From IMG/VR virus record IMGVR_UViG_3300020596_000014, positions 68,550 to 132,549 of that record: a DNA stretch of 64,000 bases; one strand, 5' to 3'. The stretch comes from a virus. The notes below the pieces were generated by a model. The model searched no databases. It saw only the letters and a program-made list of their open reading frames with translations, and was not told the origin of the DNA. Below, one piece after another: positions 9,417 to 18,436 of this stretch (the stretch's first letter is position 1; each line of letters begins with the position of its first letter). The position numbers and the translations under genes were made by a program.

Positions 9417-11111
9417 TTGAGCGGATCCGCCTCGAGCCGTCGGCAAATCGTCCCGCGCGCGTCTCCTAGAGGGACGCAGTTAGACGAGCTCGTGAAGTGC
9501 GGGCGCGACCCATCATACTTCACGAATCAGTATTGCAAGATTCAGCACCCGAAGCGCGGCACTGTTCCATTCGTGACCTACCCGTTCCAGAACGATTGTC
9601 TGAAAGCGTTTCGGAAGCACGCTTTCAACATTGTGCTCAAGTCACGTCAGCTTGGTCTCTCGACCGTCACCGCGGCGTTCGCTGTCTGGACAGCTCTCTT
9701 CCGTCGGGACAAGAATATTCTTGTTATCGCGACCAAGCTATCGACCGCAAAGAATTTCATCAAAAAAGTCGTCAAGATCCTCGACAACCTGCCTCCATGG
9801 ATGCGTCTGTGCAACTACGAGAAGAGTCAACAAGAGGTCAGATTCGAGAACGGATCGCAGATCAAAGCGATCCCGACTACCGACGACGCCGGTCGTTCTG
9901 AGGCTCTCTCACTGCTCATCGTGGACGAGGCGGCGTTCGTTCGTAATTTCGAGGAGATCTGGTCTGCCTTGTTCCCAACACTGTCTGAGGGTGGGAGCGC
10001 CATCGTGCTGTCGACCCCGAACGGCGTCGGCGGACAGTATCACAACCTGTGGCTCGGCGCTGAAACGGAGGGTTTCGGCGAAGACTCTATGGGTGATAAC
10101 GGGTTCCACCCGATCCGTCTCCCGTGGCAGGTTCACCCAGAGCACGGTGAAGAGTACTTTGACAAGATGTCAAAGAAGCTTGGCCCTCGCAAGACGGCGC
10201 AAGAGCTACTCTGTGACTTCCTCTCGTCTGGAGAGAACTTCATCAAGGCTGTCACCAGCATCTGGATCAATCAAGAACAACGTACGCCGATCTCAAGAGA
10301 AGGACCTGAGGGCGCCGTTTGGGTGTGGGAGACCCCGAAACTCGGGCACAAATATCTCATTTCCGCCGACGTCGCGCGAGGTGACGCAAGCGACTGCACC
10401 ACGTTTATTGGTATCAACATGACGACCGGTGAGCAGGCCTTTGAATATCAAGGGAAGATTTATCCAGACGTGCTCGCTGAGAATCTTGATTTCTACGGGC
10501 GGAAGTATAACAACGCGCTCGTCTCCGTCGAGGCGAACACATTTGGTAACCACACACTTATCGATCTTAAGAAGTTCCGCTACCCCAATATCTTCTACCG
10601 CACGGCCCCGCGTCACTCGATTGAGAACTACTACCCGAGCGAGAAGGACAAGGCTGGCTTCGATACACAGACCGCGACCCGTCAGGACGCGCTCGCTCGC
10701 TTCGAGGACAGCATGCGTTGTCACGTCATCACACCGCGCTCGAGTCGCTTCTATGAAGAGATTCAATCGTTCGTCTGGATCAACGAGAAGCCTCAGGCGA
10801 AGAAGGGCAAGCATGATGACCTCATTATGGCGATGGCGATCGCCTCGTGGGTTTACCGAACGTATTTCGAAATTTACCGCCTCGGCTGCATGGGCCCAGA
10901 TGGGCACCTCCGCTTGACGAGTGAGAAACCGCTCTTCATGTACATGTCAAAGACTTCTAAAACACTACTGGCTCCGATCAGCCCTGCATATCTTGTTAGT
11001 CGGGATGCCGGACCGTCTCGAGATCCAAACTTGGTTCGAGAGGAACGTCGGAGACAGCTTCCGTCTGGCGTCGCGCAGGACATAGAGGACAACAAGTGGT
11101 TGATCAGCTGA
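9417..11111 (+). CDS. terL: Terminase large subunit (T4 gp17-like)
   Basis: Q-motif 'YPFQ', Walker A 'KSRQLGLST', Walker B 'LLIVDEAAF', 'STPNG', nuclease 'ADVARG..D' and 'HDDLIMA'. Confidence 0.95.
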   Translation: MSGSASSRRQIVPRASPRGTQLDELVKCGRDPSYFTNQYCKIQHPKRGTVPFVTYPFQNDCLKAFRKHAFNIVLKSRQLGLSTVTAAFAVWTALFRRDKNILVIATKLSTAKNFIKKVVKILDNLPPWMRLCNYEKSQQEVRFENGSQIKAIPTTDDAGRSEALSLLIVDEAAFVRNFEEIWSALFPTLSEGGSAIVLSTPNGVGGQYHNLWLGAETEGFGEDSMGDNGFHPIRLPWQVHPEHGEEYFDKMSKKLGPRKTAQELLCDFLSSGENFIKAVTSIWINQEQRTPISREGPEGAVWVWETPKLGHKYLISADVARGDASDCTTFIGINMTTGEQAFEYQGKIYPDVLAENLDFYGRKYNNALVSVEANTFGNHTLIDLKKFRYPNIFYRTAPRHSIENYYPSEKDKAGFDTQTATRQDALARFEDSMRCHVITPRSSRFYEEIQSFVWINEKPQAKKGKHDDLIMAMAIASWVYRTYFEIYRLGCMGPDGHLRLTSEKPLFMYMSKTSKTLLAPISPAYLVSRDAGPSRDPNLVREERRRQLPSGVAQDIEDNKWLIS

Positions 11112-11142
11112 AAGTCGAATACTACCTACCGGAAGGGAAGCT

Positions 11143-11604
11143 ATGGCAAACACCGAAAAGCAAAACATGAACGAGCTCCGTCGTCAGATCCGCTCGATGA
11201 TCCAGGAGACGATCGGTCTTGGAGCCCCGACGGGCCCGAGCGGCACGCCTAGGCCCGGCGGCGTTGGCGAGGTTATCGGCACATCCAACGCCGAAAAGAA
11301 GATGACGCTGAACGTGTCTGTCAAACCGGACGCGACCATCCAATCGTCTGTTGTAGATATCACCAAATCTGCTGCGTACGGTCTTGAGCGCCTCGAGCTG
11401 CTCAAGAAACGCGACTTCCCGACGCACAAGTCAGCGAACGCGGTCAGCACCGCTCTTGACGCGCTTGAGCTCATCTTCCAGGATATGCTCAAGAACCCAA
11501 TGGGTTACCTCGATGAGGACCCGACCGAGAAGGTTGCTGAGTACGAGCAGTCGCTTGACTCCGAAGAGGCATTACTCTCTAAAGGTGCGCCGGCCACGTT
11601 CTGA
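11143..11604 (+). CDS. Hypothetical head-associated protein
   Basis: Lies between terminase and portal. TACCTA upstream. N-terminal 'MNELRRQIRSMIQE' motif. Confidence 0.65.
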   Translation: MANTEKQNMNELRRQIRSMIQETIGLGAPTGPSGTPRPGGVGEVIGTSNAEKKMTLNVSVKPDATIQSSVVDITKSAAYGLERLELLKKRDFPTHKSANAVSTALDALELIFQDMLKNPMGYLDEDPTEKVAEYEQSLDSEEALLSKGAPATF

Positions 11605-11628
11605 TTGGCGTATCTTCACTAGAGGAAT

Positions 11629-14211
11629 ATGGCCGAACGTAGAGGCAATCTTTTCGCGCAGCTGACTCGACTTTTCAGGTCAGGGCCCATCGTTAAACGG
11701 AAGATCAAGACCGTTGACACCCGAGTTGCGCGCGCAGACCCAGCCGGCTCGAGCAGTGTTCTCCTTTTGTCGAAGACACAAGGTGTTGGCCTCAACGCCT
11801 CGCTCAACGGTCAATATGGCCACCAGGAGCGCACTGGACGTCTGCAAGACTACAACGAGATGGACGCGTACGCGCTCGTCAACGCGGCGCTCGACATCTA
11901 TGCCGATGAGTCTGTCGCCCAGGATGCGAACGGCAAGACGATCCACATTCATTCGGACAACCCAGCCATCAAGGAGAATCTCGAGGAGCTTCTCTACAAC
12001 ACACTCAATGCCGAGTTCAATCTACGCCCGTGGACACGTAATCTTTGTAAGTATGGCGACTTCACACTCTATATCGACGTCTCGCCACAATACGGCGTGA
12101 TTAACGTCATCCCGATCGCTGTTGACGCCATCGCTCGCGAGGAAGGATATGACCCCGAGGACCCGCTAGCGGTTCGCTTCCGCTGGACCACATTCGGCAA
12201 CAAAGTACTTGAGAACTGGGAGGTCGCTCACTTTCGCCTTCTCGGTAACGACGCGTTCCTTCCTTACGGCTCTTCTATGATCGACGGCGCCCGCCGCTCG
12301 TGGCGTCAGATCGTCATGGTTGAAGACGCGATGCTCGTTTATCGCATTACACGAGCTGTCGACCGACGCGTCTTCTATGTCGACGTCGGGGGCGTGGCTC
12401 CAGATGAGATCGGCAACTACATGGAAGCCGCCAAGATGAACATCAAGAGTCAAGGCGTCGTCGACCGAGCAACCGGCAAGGTCGACCAACGCTACGCACC
12501 ACTCCCGATCAGACGAGACACCCCTGTTCCACTTTTGGACGGACGAACGCTCACGATCGAGGAGATGGCAAAGGAGCACGAGGCCGGGAAAGTCAACTGG
12601 GTCTACTCTGTACAGGATGACACGTTGGAGACCGTACCAGGCAAAGTGATCTGGTGCGGAAAGAACTACACGGCCGACAGACTTACACGTGTGTGGCTCG
12701 ACGATGGCAACTACGTTGACACGGCAGGTGAGCACCCGTTCGTCATGCGTGATGGCACACATAAGCGAGCGGACGAGCTAAAGCCGGGCGAAGCGTTGAT
12801 GTCCTTGTACAATGCCGTTGTCTCACGAGTAGAACTTGAGGAAGAGCAGCATGTTGGTTACCTCAATCGCAAGGTCGATCGCGTTGAGTGGATAGAGGGA
12901 GATGACGTTTATTGTATGACCGTTGTAGGCTCGAATGGCGAAGAGGACCGTCACAATTTCGCCGTGAATGCTCGCAAACAGGATCAAACAATCGCAACTA
13001 ACTCTATGATATTGTTGCGAAATTCGATCGAGGAAGACTACTGGGTTGCCACACGCGGCGGCGAGACGGGCACCAAGATCGACACGCTCCCGGCTGGCAC
13101 GAACGCTGCCAACGTCGAGGACGTCGAGTACATTAAGAGGCAACTCATCGCAGCTCTAAAGGTTCCTGCTGCTTACCTTGGCTACAACGACGCCATCCCG
13201 GGCTCGTCCGGACTCGCGCAGGTAGACATCCGCTTCTCACGAACCGTTAACATGGTTCAGCGAACAATCGTCAGTGAGCTCAATAAGATCGCGATGATTC
13301 ACCTGTACGCTAGCGGCTTCCGTGGCGATGATCTCACTGACTTCGAGATCAGTCTCAGCAACCCTTCGACCATCGCACAGCAGCAAAAGCTCGAGTTGCT
13401 CCGCTCACGGTTTGAGATTGCAGGTACCATGCCGATGGTCGGTGAGTCTCCGCTGATGAGCGAGCGTTGGCTGTTCCGCAACGTCATAGGGTTGAACGAT
13501 CAGGAGATCTTGCAGGTCCGACGCGAACGACTCGACGACGTGCGAGCGAAAGGCGCACTCGAAGCGGCCGGCGCGCTATCTGGCGGCGGAGAAGGTGCCG
13601 ATGCTGGGGAAGCCCCCGCTGACGAAGACCTCGGAGGCGTTGATGCGGCCGCGCCGCCTGCTGAACCTGGACTTGAGACGGCTGCAGACGACAACCGCGG
13701 GCAAGGTGACGTTATCACCTCGGTTGGCGGTAACGGCGCTCGTTTGAGAGAAGCCGACGGCCCTGTCAAGATTGCCACTCATCTTAGAGTCGCGATGACG
13801 AACCGCCGTCGCAACCTTCGACGTCGCGGCAACGGGTTCCCTAAGATCGCTGACCGCGCCGTCACCGGCGCCACTGCCAAGCCGGCGTCGCCCACCGATG
13901 GTCTACATGAGGCATTCGAAGATCTCTACGAAGACGAGATCGAGCGTATGCATGACGAGACCCCTGACAACAAGAACGAAAATAGAACGTCAGTCTCGCC
14001 GATGTTCGGAATGGTTGAGCTTCGCATGTTACACGGTCTCGCGAGTCACAAGAATATCGAAGAACCCAAAACCGACGATTGGAAGAAGAGTCGGACCATA
14101 CGAACACTGTCTGAGAGTTACAAACCAAAGCAGCTTATGGTGGAACATGTGAGCGTAGAAGAGTTTGAGTTATACGACGACGAAGACGACGACAAGGAGC
14201 CGACTACTTAA
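11629..14211 (+). CDS. Portal protein (T4 gp20-like) containing an intein
   Basis: 'EDAMLVYRITRA..RRVFYVDVG', 'SIEEDYW...RGG..GTKIDTLP' and 'DVEY....L..ALKVP' are gp20 hallmarks. Confidence 0.95.
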   Translation: MAERRGNLFAQLTRLFRSGPIVKRKIKTVDTRVARADPAGSSSVLLLSKTQGVGLNASLNGQYGHQERTGRLQDYNEMDAYALVNAALDIYADESVAQDANGKTIHIHSDNPAIKENLEELLYNTLNAEFNLRPWTRNLCKYGDFTLYIDVSPQYGVINVIPIAVDAIAREEGYDPEDPLAVRFRWTTFGNKVLENWEVAHFRLLGNDAFLPYGSSMIDGARRSWRQIVMVEDAMLVYRITRAVDRRVFYVDVGGVAPDEIGNYMEAAKMNIKSQGVVDRATGKVDQRYAPLPIRRDTPVPLLDGRTLTIEEMAKEHEAGKVNWVYSVQDDTLETVPGKVIWCGKNYTADRLTRVWLDDGNYVDTAGEHPFVMRDGTHKRADELKPGEALMSLYNAVVSRVELEEEQHVGYLNRKVDRVEWIEGDDVYCMTVVGSNGEEDRHNFAVNARKQDQTIATNSMILLRNSIEEDYWVATRGGETGTKIDTLPAGTNAANVEDVEYIKRQLIAALKVPAAYLGYNDAIPGSSGLAQVDIRFSRTVNMVQRTIVSELNKIAMIHLYASGFRGDDLTDFEISLSNPSTIAQQQKLELLRSRFEIAGTMPMVGESPLMSERWLFRNVIGLNDQEILQVRRERLDDVRAKGALEAAGALSGGGEGADAGEAPADEDLGGVDAAAPPAEPGLETAADDNRGQGDVITSVGGNGARLREADGPVKIATHLRVAMTNRRRNLRRRGNGFPKIADRAVTGATAKPASPTDGLHEAFEDLYEDEIERMHDETPDNKNENRTSVSPMFGMVELRMLHGLASHKNIEEPKTDDWKKSRTIRTLSESYKPKQLMVEHVSVEEFELYDDEDDDKEPTT
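12505..13023 (+). mobile_element. Mini-intein (173 aa, no endonuclease), Pro-initiated, class-3-like
   Basis: Interrupts 'RYAPL|SIEEDYW'. Block A 'PIRRDTPVPLLDG', block B 'TAGEHPF', 'RADELKPGE', block F 'DVYCMTV...HNF', ends 'LLRN' followed by Ser+1. Confidence 0.88.
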
Positions 14212-15083
14212 TGGCTATGACAGCGCCGCGCCGCCCCAACAAGAAACGCAACGCGTTGCTCGCGTTCGAATTCCTCACCAAGGAAGCGTCGCGTCGCGTT
14301 GTCGCGGGCGATACCTCTGGTGCTGAACGTGTCGTCGGTCTAATCAAGGAATGCTTCGCCTCGGGCACCGAGCTTCACCGTGAACTTCGTCTGGCCCGCT
14401 CACTGTGCGTCACTCGTGTGTCCTCGCCGGCCGTGGCGGCGCACATTCTCACTGAGGCACGTAACATCACACGCTCCATCGACGCGACGAAGGTGAACGC
14501 CGAGAAGACTAATCTTATCGTCCGTGTCGAGCGTGAGATCGATAAGAGCGGAATCGTATACGAGGAGTCGCTCCCAAACTACCGTCTATTGTCGACAATC
14601 GGCACACTCATCTCGGATTGGCGCACCGGCTCGGATGACCTGCAGCGCATCGCCACATACGAGGACCAACTGATGGAGCACCTCACAACAGCTGTTGTGA
14701 CGGTTGAGCCCGTTGAGGACCCGGCCTCAGGCATGTCCGCGGGTGAACGTCGCGCTTTGATTGCGATCATGTCCCGTAAACTTGAGGATAAGTGGGGCTC
14801 GTCCCTAACCAAGGACCAGAAGTCCCTCCTCCGCGAGTACGTGCTCGCTAAGGAGCCAGCCTCTCTACTCGAGCGTCTGCGCGCCATCCAGACCTCTGCC
14901 TCCAAGTGTTTAGACGAATGTCGCGCCCTCCCTGAGAAGACCGACTACTTCGTCGAGCGCGTTGACGACTCGAAGCGCGCGGTCGCCTCACAGGTGATCG
15001 ATGAAGTCAACGATGAGACGGTGGGCCTCGGCCTGCTGTATCTCAAACTCATCGCCGAGACAACAGAAGAGGAATCGCGATGA
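14211..15083 (+). CDS. Hypothetical head morphogenesis protein
   Basis: 290-aa helical ORF between portal and protease. TACTTA at 14205. Confidence 0.65.
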   Translation: MAMTAPRRPNKKRNALLAFEFLTKEASRRVVAGDTSGAERVVGLIKECFASGTELHRELRLARSLCVTRVSSPAVAAHILTEARNITRSIDATKVNAEKTNLIVRVEREIDKSGIVYEESLPNYRLLSTIGTLISDWRTGSDDLQRIATYEDQLMEHLTTAVVTVEPVEDPASGMSAGERRALIAIMSRKLEDKWGSSLTKDQKSLLREYVLAKEPASLLERLRAIQTSASKCLDECRALPEKTDYFVERVDDSKRAVASQVIDEVNDETVGLGLLYLKLIAETTEEESR

Positions 15084-15685
15084 ACGACAAGAAGCTTCTT
15101 ACCAGCTTCCAACCTCTTGAGATCGACGTCGCGTCGCTCAAAGAGAATCGAGAGCTGAACGGCGGAAAGATCATCCTGCGTGGCATTATGCAACGTGCCG
15201 ACGCCGTCAACCAAAACGGCCGCATCTACCCGCGTTTGATCCTCGAGCGCGAGGTCGAGAACTACCAAAAGTTCATCCGCGAGCGTCGCGCGCTCGGCGA
15301 GCTCGACCACCCCACGGCCAGCGTCGTGAACCTGCAGAACGCTTCTCACCTTGTCACCGAGGTCCGCTGGGAAGGCGACGCCGTCATGGGTGTTATCGAG
15401 CTGCTCAGCACACCCATGGGCAAGATCGCTCAGAGTCTCGTTGAGGACGGTGTCAAGCTTGGCATCTCGTCGCGCGGAGTCGGCTCTACGAAGCCGCACG
15501 GTGAGTACGACATGGTCGATGACGACTTCATGCTGCTATGTTTCGATTTGGTAAGTGAACCGTCGACTTCAGGAGCCTTTATGTTGAGGGAAAACAAGGT
15601 GTTAGACCCTCGAGCTCATCTTACTCGTACTGATCGCATTGACAGAGTTCTCACCGATATCCTTCGATCCAATTTTAAGACGTGA
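15080..15685 (+). CDS. Prohead protease (T4 gp21-like)
   Basis: 'NQNGRIYP', 'ALGELDHP', 'LGISSRGVGS' and 'FDLVSEPS'. Confidence 0.95.
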   Translation: MNDKKLLTSFQPLEIDVASLKENRELNGGKIILRGIMQRADAVNQNGRIYPRLILEREVENYQKFIRERRALGELDHPTASVVNLQNASHLVTEVRWEGDAVMGVIELLSTPMGKIAQSLVEDGVKLGISSRGVGSTKPHGEYDMVDDDFMLLCFDLVSEPSTSGAFMLRENKVLDPRAHLTRTDRIDRVLTDILRSNFKT

Positions 15686-15806
15686 GCGAAAACAGTTCGA
15701 AAACATTACACTCGAGCGTTACTTCACAAACTTTCGACCATCCGCGGACAGGCGCCGCTGAGGGCATGAATCTTTCCTAGAGACGCCTACGTAGACGACG
15801 AGGAAC

Positions 15807-16238
15807 ATGGCTCAGAACAACGTATGCCCCGGATTCAACGCAGCCGCCGAATACACGGTCTCTGGCATCCCACATGTGGTGAGCGGCTCGGCTACGTCTA
15901 CGCCAACCGTTATCGAGTTTCCGTTCGTGACGCGAGCGATCACGATCGCAAATAATTCAGTTGTTGGCACGGTACTAGAAGTCGGATTCACGTTGAATGG
16001 CGTGAATCTTGCGAACCGTTTCCCGCTAGATGGCAAGCAGACGCAACGCTTCGAAGTTCGTGTTCGCGACCTGTGGTTGAGATCTGAATCGAATGTGACG
16101 GCTAGTTTCGGTGTGCTTGCCGAGCTCACCGCCATCGAGCGTAGACAGATGTTGCCGCTCACTGGGTCTGTCGACATGTTGACGTATGCTGGTCAGTTGG
16201 CCGCTACCGGCTCGATCGTTTGGCCAGGCGTTGGTTGA
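15807..16238 (+). CDS. Hypothetical virion protein (beta-rich)
   Basis: TACGTA at 15788 and GAGGA SD. Located in the head module. Confidence 0.6.
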   Translation: MAQNNVCPGFNAAAEYTVSGIPHVVSGSATSTPTVIEFPFVTRAITIANNSVVGTVLEVGFTLNGVNLANRFPLDGKQTQRFEVRVRDLWLRSESNVTASFGVLAELTAIERRQMLPLTGSVDMLTYAGQLAATGSIVWPGVG

Positions 16239-16695
16239 GCTCGTACGTCGTCCGGACCCTCGTCTGAAGCAATCTTGTCGCGAGGTAAATCAAAGAGACT
16301 TGCCTGAGTTGCGCGTCTTCATTGACCAGATGCTTGATATCATGTACACATACGAAGGCGTCGGTTTAGCCGCTCCGCAGGTCGGCTGGAACATTCGCGT
16401 GATTGTCGTCGATCCTTCAAACGGCGAAGATGACAAAGCATGTCGTGTGATGATCAACCCATCGTTCGAGAGCGTCTCTCTCGAGAAAGAAGTGTGCATG
16501 GAGGGTTGTCTCTCGTTACCTGGGGAGTTTTACAACGTTGAGAGGTCAACGTCGATTCTCGCTCGCTGGCAGGACTTGGACGGCGCTTCTCACGAATCTT
16601 GGTTATATGCCGTGGAGGCTCGCATTGTGTTGCATGAGCTTGACCATCTGACAGGCATACTTATTTCTGATCATGGATCGAAAAAACGTAAATAA
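16231..16695 (+). CDS. def: Peptide deformylase
   Basis: All three PDF motifs: 'GVGLAAPQ', 'EGCLS' and 'HELDHL'. TTG start at 16231 inferred. Confidence 0.93.
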   Translation: MVELVRRPDPRLKQSCREVNQRDLPELRVFIDQMLDIMYTYEGVGLAAPQVGWNIRVIVVDPSNGEDDKACRVMINPSFESVSLEKEVCMEGCLSLPGEFYNVERSTSILARWQDLDGASHESWLYAVEARIVLHELDHLTGILISDHGSKKRK

Positions 16696-16838
16696 CTTGG
16701 CATTTGTTATGATTTGGACAACGTAGTGAGTTGTTGCGTTACGCATAATCTCGTTCGAGGTAATCGATTTTCGCCAACTGAAATTACTTGGAAGTATAAT
16801 AGCAAGCATCAAACAATTGAGAGCTACACTTAAGCATT

Positions 16839-17351
16839 GTGAAGATCGGTAAACAGGCTCTCAAAGCCCTCATCAAAGAATGTCTCGTCGAGATCCTGGC
16901 CGAAGGCCTGGGCTCAAATCTGAGTGAGGCGGTCAAGACTGCCCCGAGGCATGACTCGCGCAACCGCGACAGCGAGCCGCTGCCCGGGCACGCGCAACCT
17001 CGTCAGATCCAGTACGCGAAACCGCAGCGTCAGGCTCAGCATCTCGATGAGCGCGTAGCGTCTAGACGCATGACAACCGCTTCTATCCCGGCTGAGATCA
17101 GCGCGATCACTCGCGACCCTGTGATGGCCGCGATCTTCGCTGACACGGCGCAGACAACGTTACAAGAGCAGGCTCGCGGCGTGATGCCCGGTGATACCGC
17201 TGCTCAAGTCGCGGCTCGCGCCGCCCCTGAACAGATGTTCGACGAAGCGACAATGGACAAATGGAATCAGGCAGCGTTTCAGTCTAGTCGACCCGGCCCG
17301 ATCGGTTTGCCCACCGACTTCTTACAAGACTTACTCAAAGGCAATCGATGA
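16839..17351 (+). CDS. Hypothetical protein, putative internal head protein
   Basis: N-terminus 'MKIGKQALKALIKECLVEILAE'. Confidence 0.65.
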   Translation: MKIGKQALKALIKECLVEILAEGLGSNLSEAVKTAPRHDSRNRDSEPLPGHAQPRQIQYAKPQRQAQHLDERVASRRMTTASIPAEISAITRDPVMAAIFADTAQTTLQEQARGVMPGDTAAQVAARAAPEQMFDEATMDKWNQAAFQSSRPGPIGLPTDFLQDLLKGNR

Positions 17352-17562
17352 CGAAGGCTCCGTGGTTCCGTCACGGTCTTAAGAAAACTAAGCGATGGCT
17401 ACGGTGGGCACGTCGCACTAGCAGCCCGATTCGACATGAGATCACAGAAGCGTTTGAGCGCTGTTTGCGCAAGAAACATAAACGCTCTTCCGAGCGTTTT
17501 GCTGACTGACGCGTGCATGTTTGCACGAGCCCAGTAGTTAACACGCGAGGCGCCACAAACTT

Positions 17563-17820
17563 ATGAAGATTCGTTACAGCAAGTTCAAGCAGATTGTCAT
17601 CGAGGAGATGATCAACCTGGGCCTCCTGCCCGACCTTACCGAGGCTGACAAGGCCAAATTAAAGTCTGTCGAGGATGAGGAAGGCAAGGAGATCGAACCG
17701 GGTGACGAGGCAGACACCCTCGCAAAGAAGACCAACTTCCAGAAGGCTCTTAAAATCAAGGAAGCAAAGCTTCTGAAGGCGCTCGGCGAGACGCGTAATC
17801 AACTCAAGCGGATCCGCTGA
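17563..17820 (+). CDS. Small putative prohead core protein
   Basis: TAGTTA at 17535. N-terminus 'MKIRYSKFKQIVIEEM'. Confidence 0.6.
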   Translation: MKIRYSKFKQIVIEEMINLGLLPDLTEADKAKLKSVEDEEGKEIEPGDEADTLAKKTNFQKALKIKEAKLLKALGETRNQLKRIR

Positions 17821-17855
17821 GCAACAAGCATCGAGACTGAAGAAGGGATAACAAC

Positions 17856-18431
17856 ATGGCTGGCCAAGGCAAGTACACCAACTACGCACCCGTGCAGAAG
17901 GATCTCACCACCGGTGGGAGCACGCCTCCTACTATGGGTAAGGCGAACTACCCCCTGCTTAACATGCTGTACGGAACGCGACCGGACGTGATCCCGCTGG
18001 ACAACAGCCCGGCGTCGCTTAAGCCGATTACGGACCGCGGCAACGCTCTTCTCAGTCCCATCAAGGCGGAAGCGGACCCGATCTGGTTTCCCAAGGGAGT
18101 CTATCTCAACTTTCTGAATCCAGACCCTTCGTACTCGGCGCCGGACGTGCCAAATATCGACATGACCAAGATTGGACCGGGTGGACCCTCTTCCCCCTAC
18201 TTCCCGAATCTCACGTCAACCGACCAGTCGGGCGCCGGCAGCATCGAGCCTGTCGTCGCAATCCCACTGGGTATCAACGAAGCGGACGGCACACAAGACG
18301 TCGTGCTCGGCTCGACCAACGGTACGGCTAACCCGGCTGTGACCTCTCTCAACATGTATCTGGGCAACAAGCTTGGAGAGAGTTCTCTACTCCCCGGCTT
18401 CCGCCCCGGTAGAACGCTTCCGGAGTACTGA
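17856..18431 (+). CDS. Hypothetical Pro/Gly-rich virion protein
   Basis: SD-like AAGGGA upstream. Located in the head module. Confidence 0.6.
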   Translation: MAGQGKYTNYAPVQKDLTTGGSTPPTMGKANYPLLNMLYGTRPDVIPLDNSPASLKPITDRGNALLSPIKAEADPIWFPKGVYLNFLNPDPSYSAPDVPNIDMTKIGPGGPSSPYFPNLTSTDQSGAGSIEPVVAIPLGINEADGTQDVVLGSTNGTANPAVTSLNMYLGNKLGESSLLPGFRPGRTLPEY

Positions 18432-18436
18432 TTGAA

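Noticed and set aside
17348-17509. Basic 53-aa ORF with 'EAFERCLRKKHKR', reminiscent of ribosomal protein bS21
   Set aside because: The similar segment is at the wrong end of the protein and the bS21 Y/F-x-K-P motif is absent.
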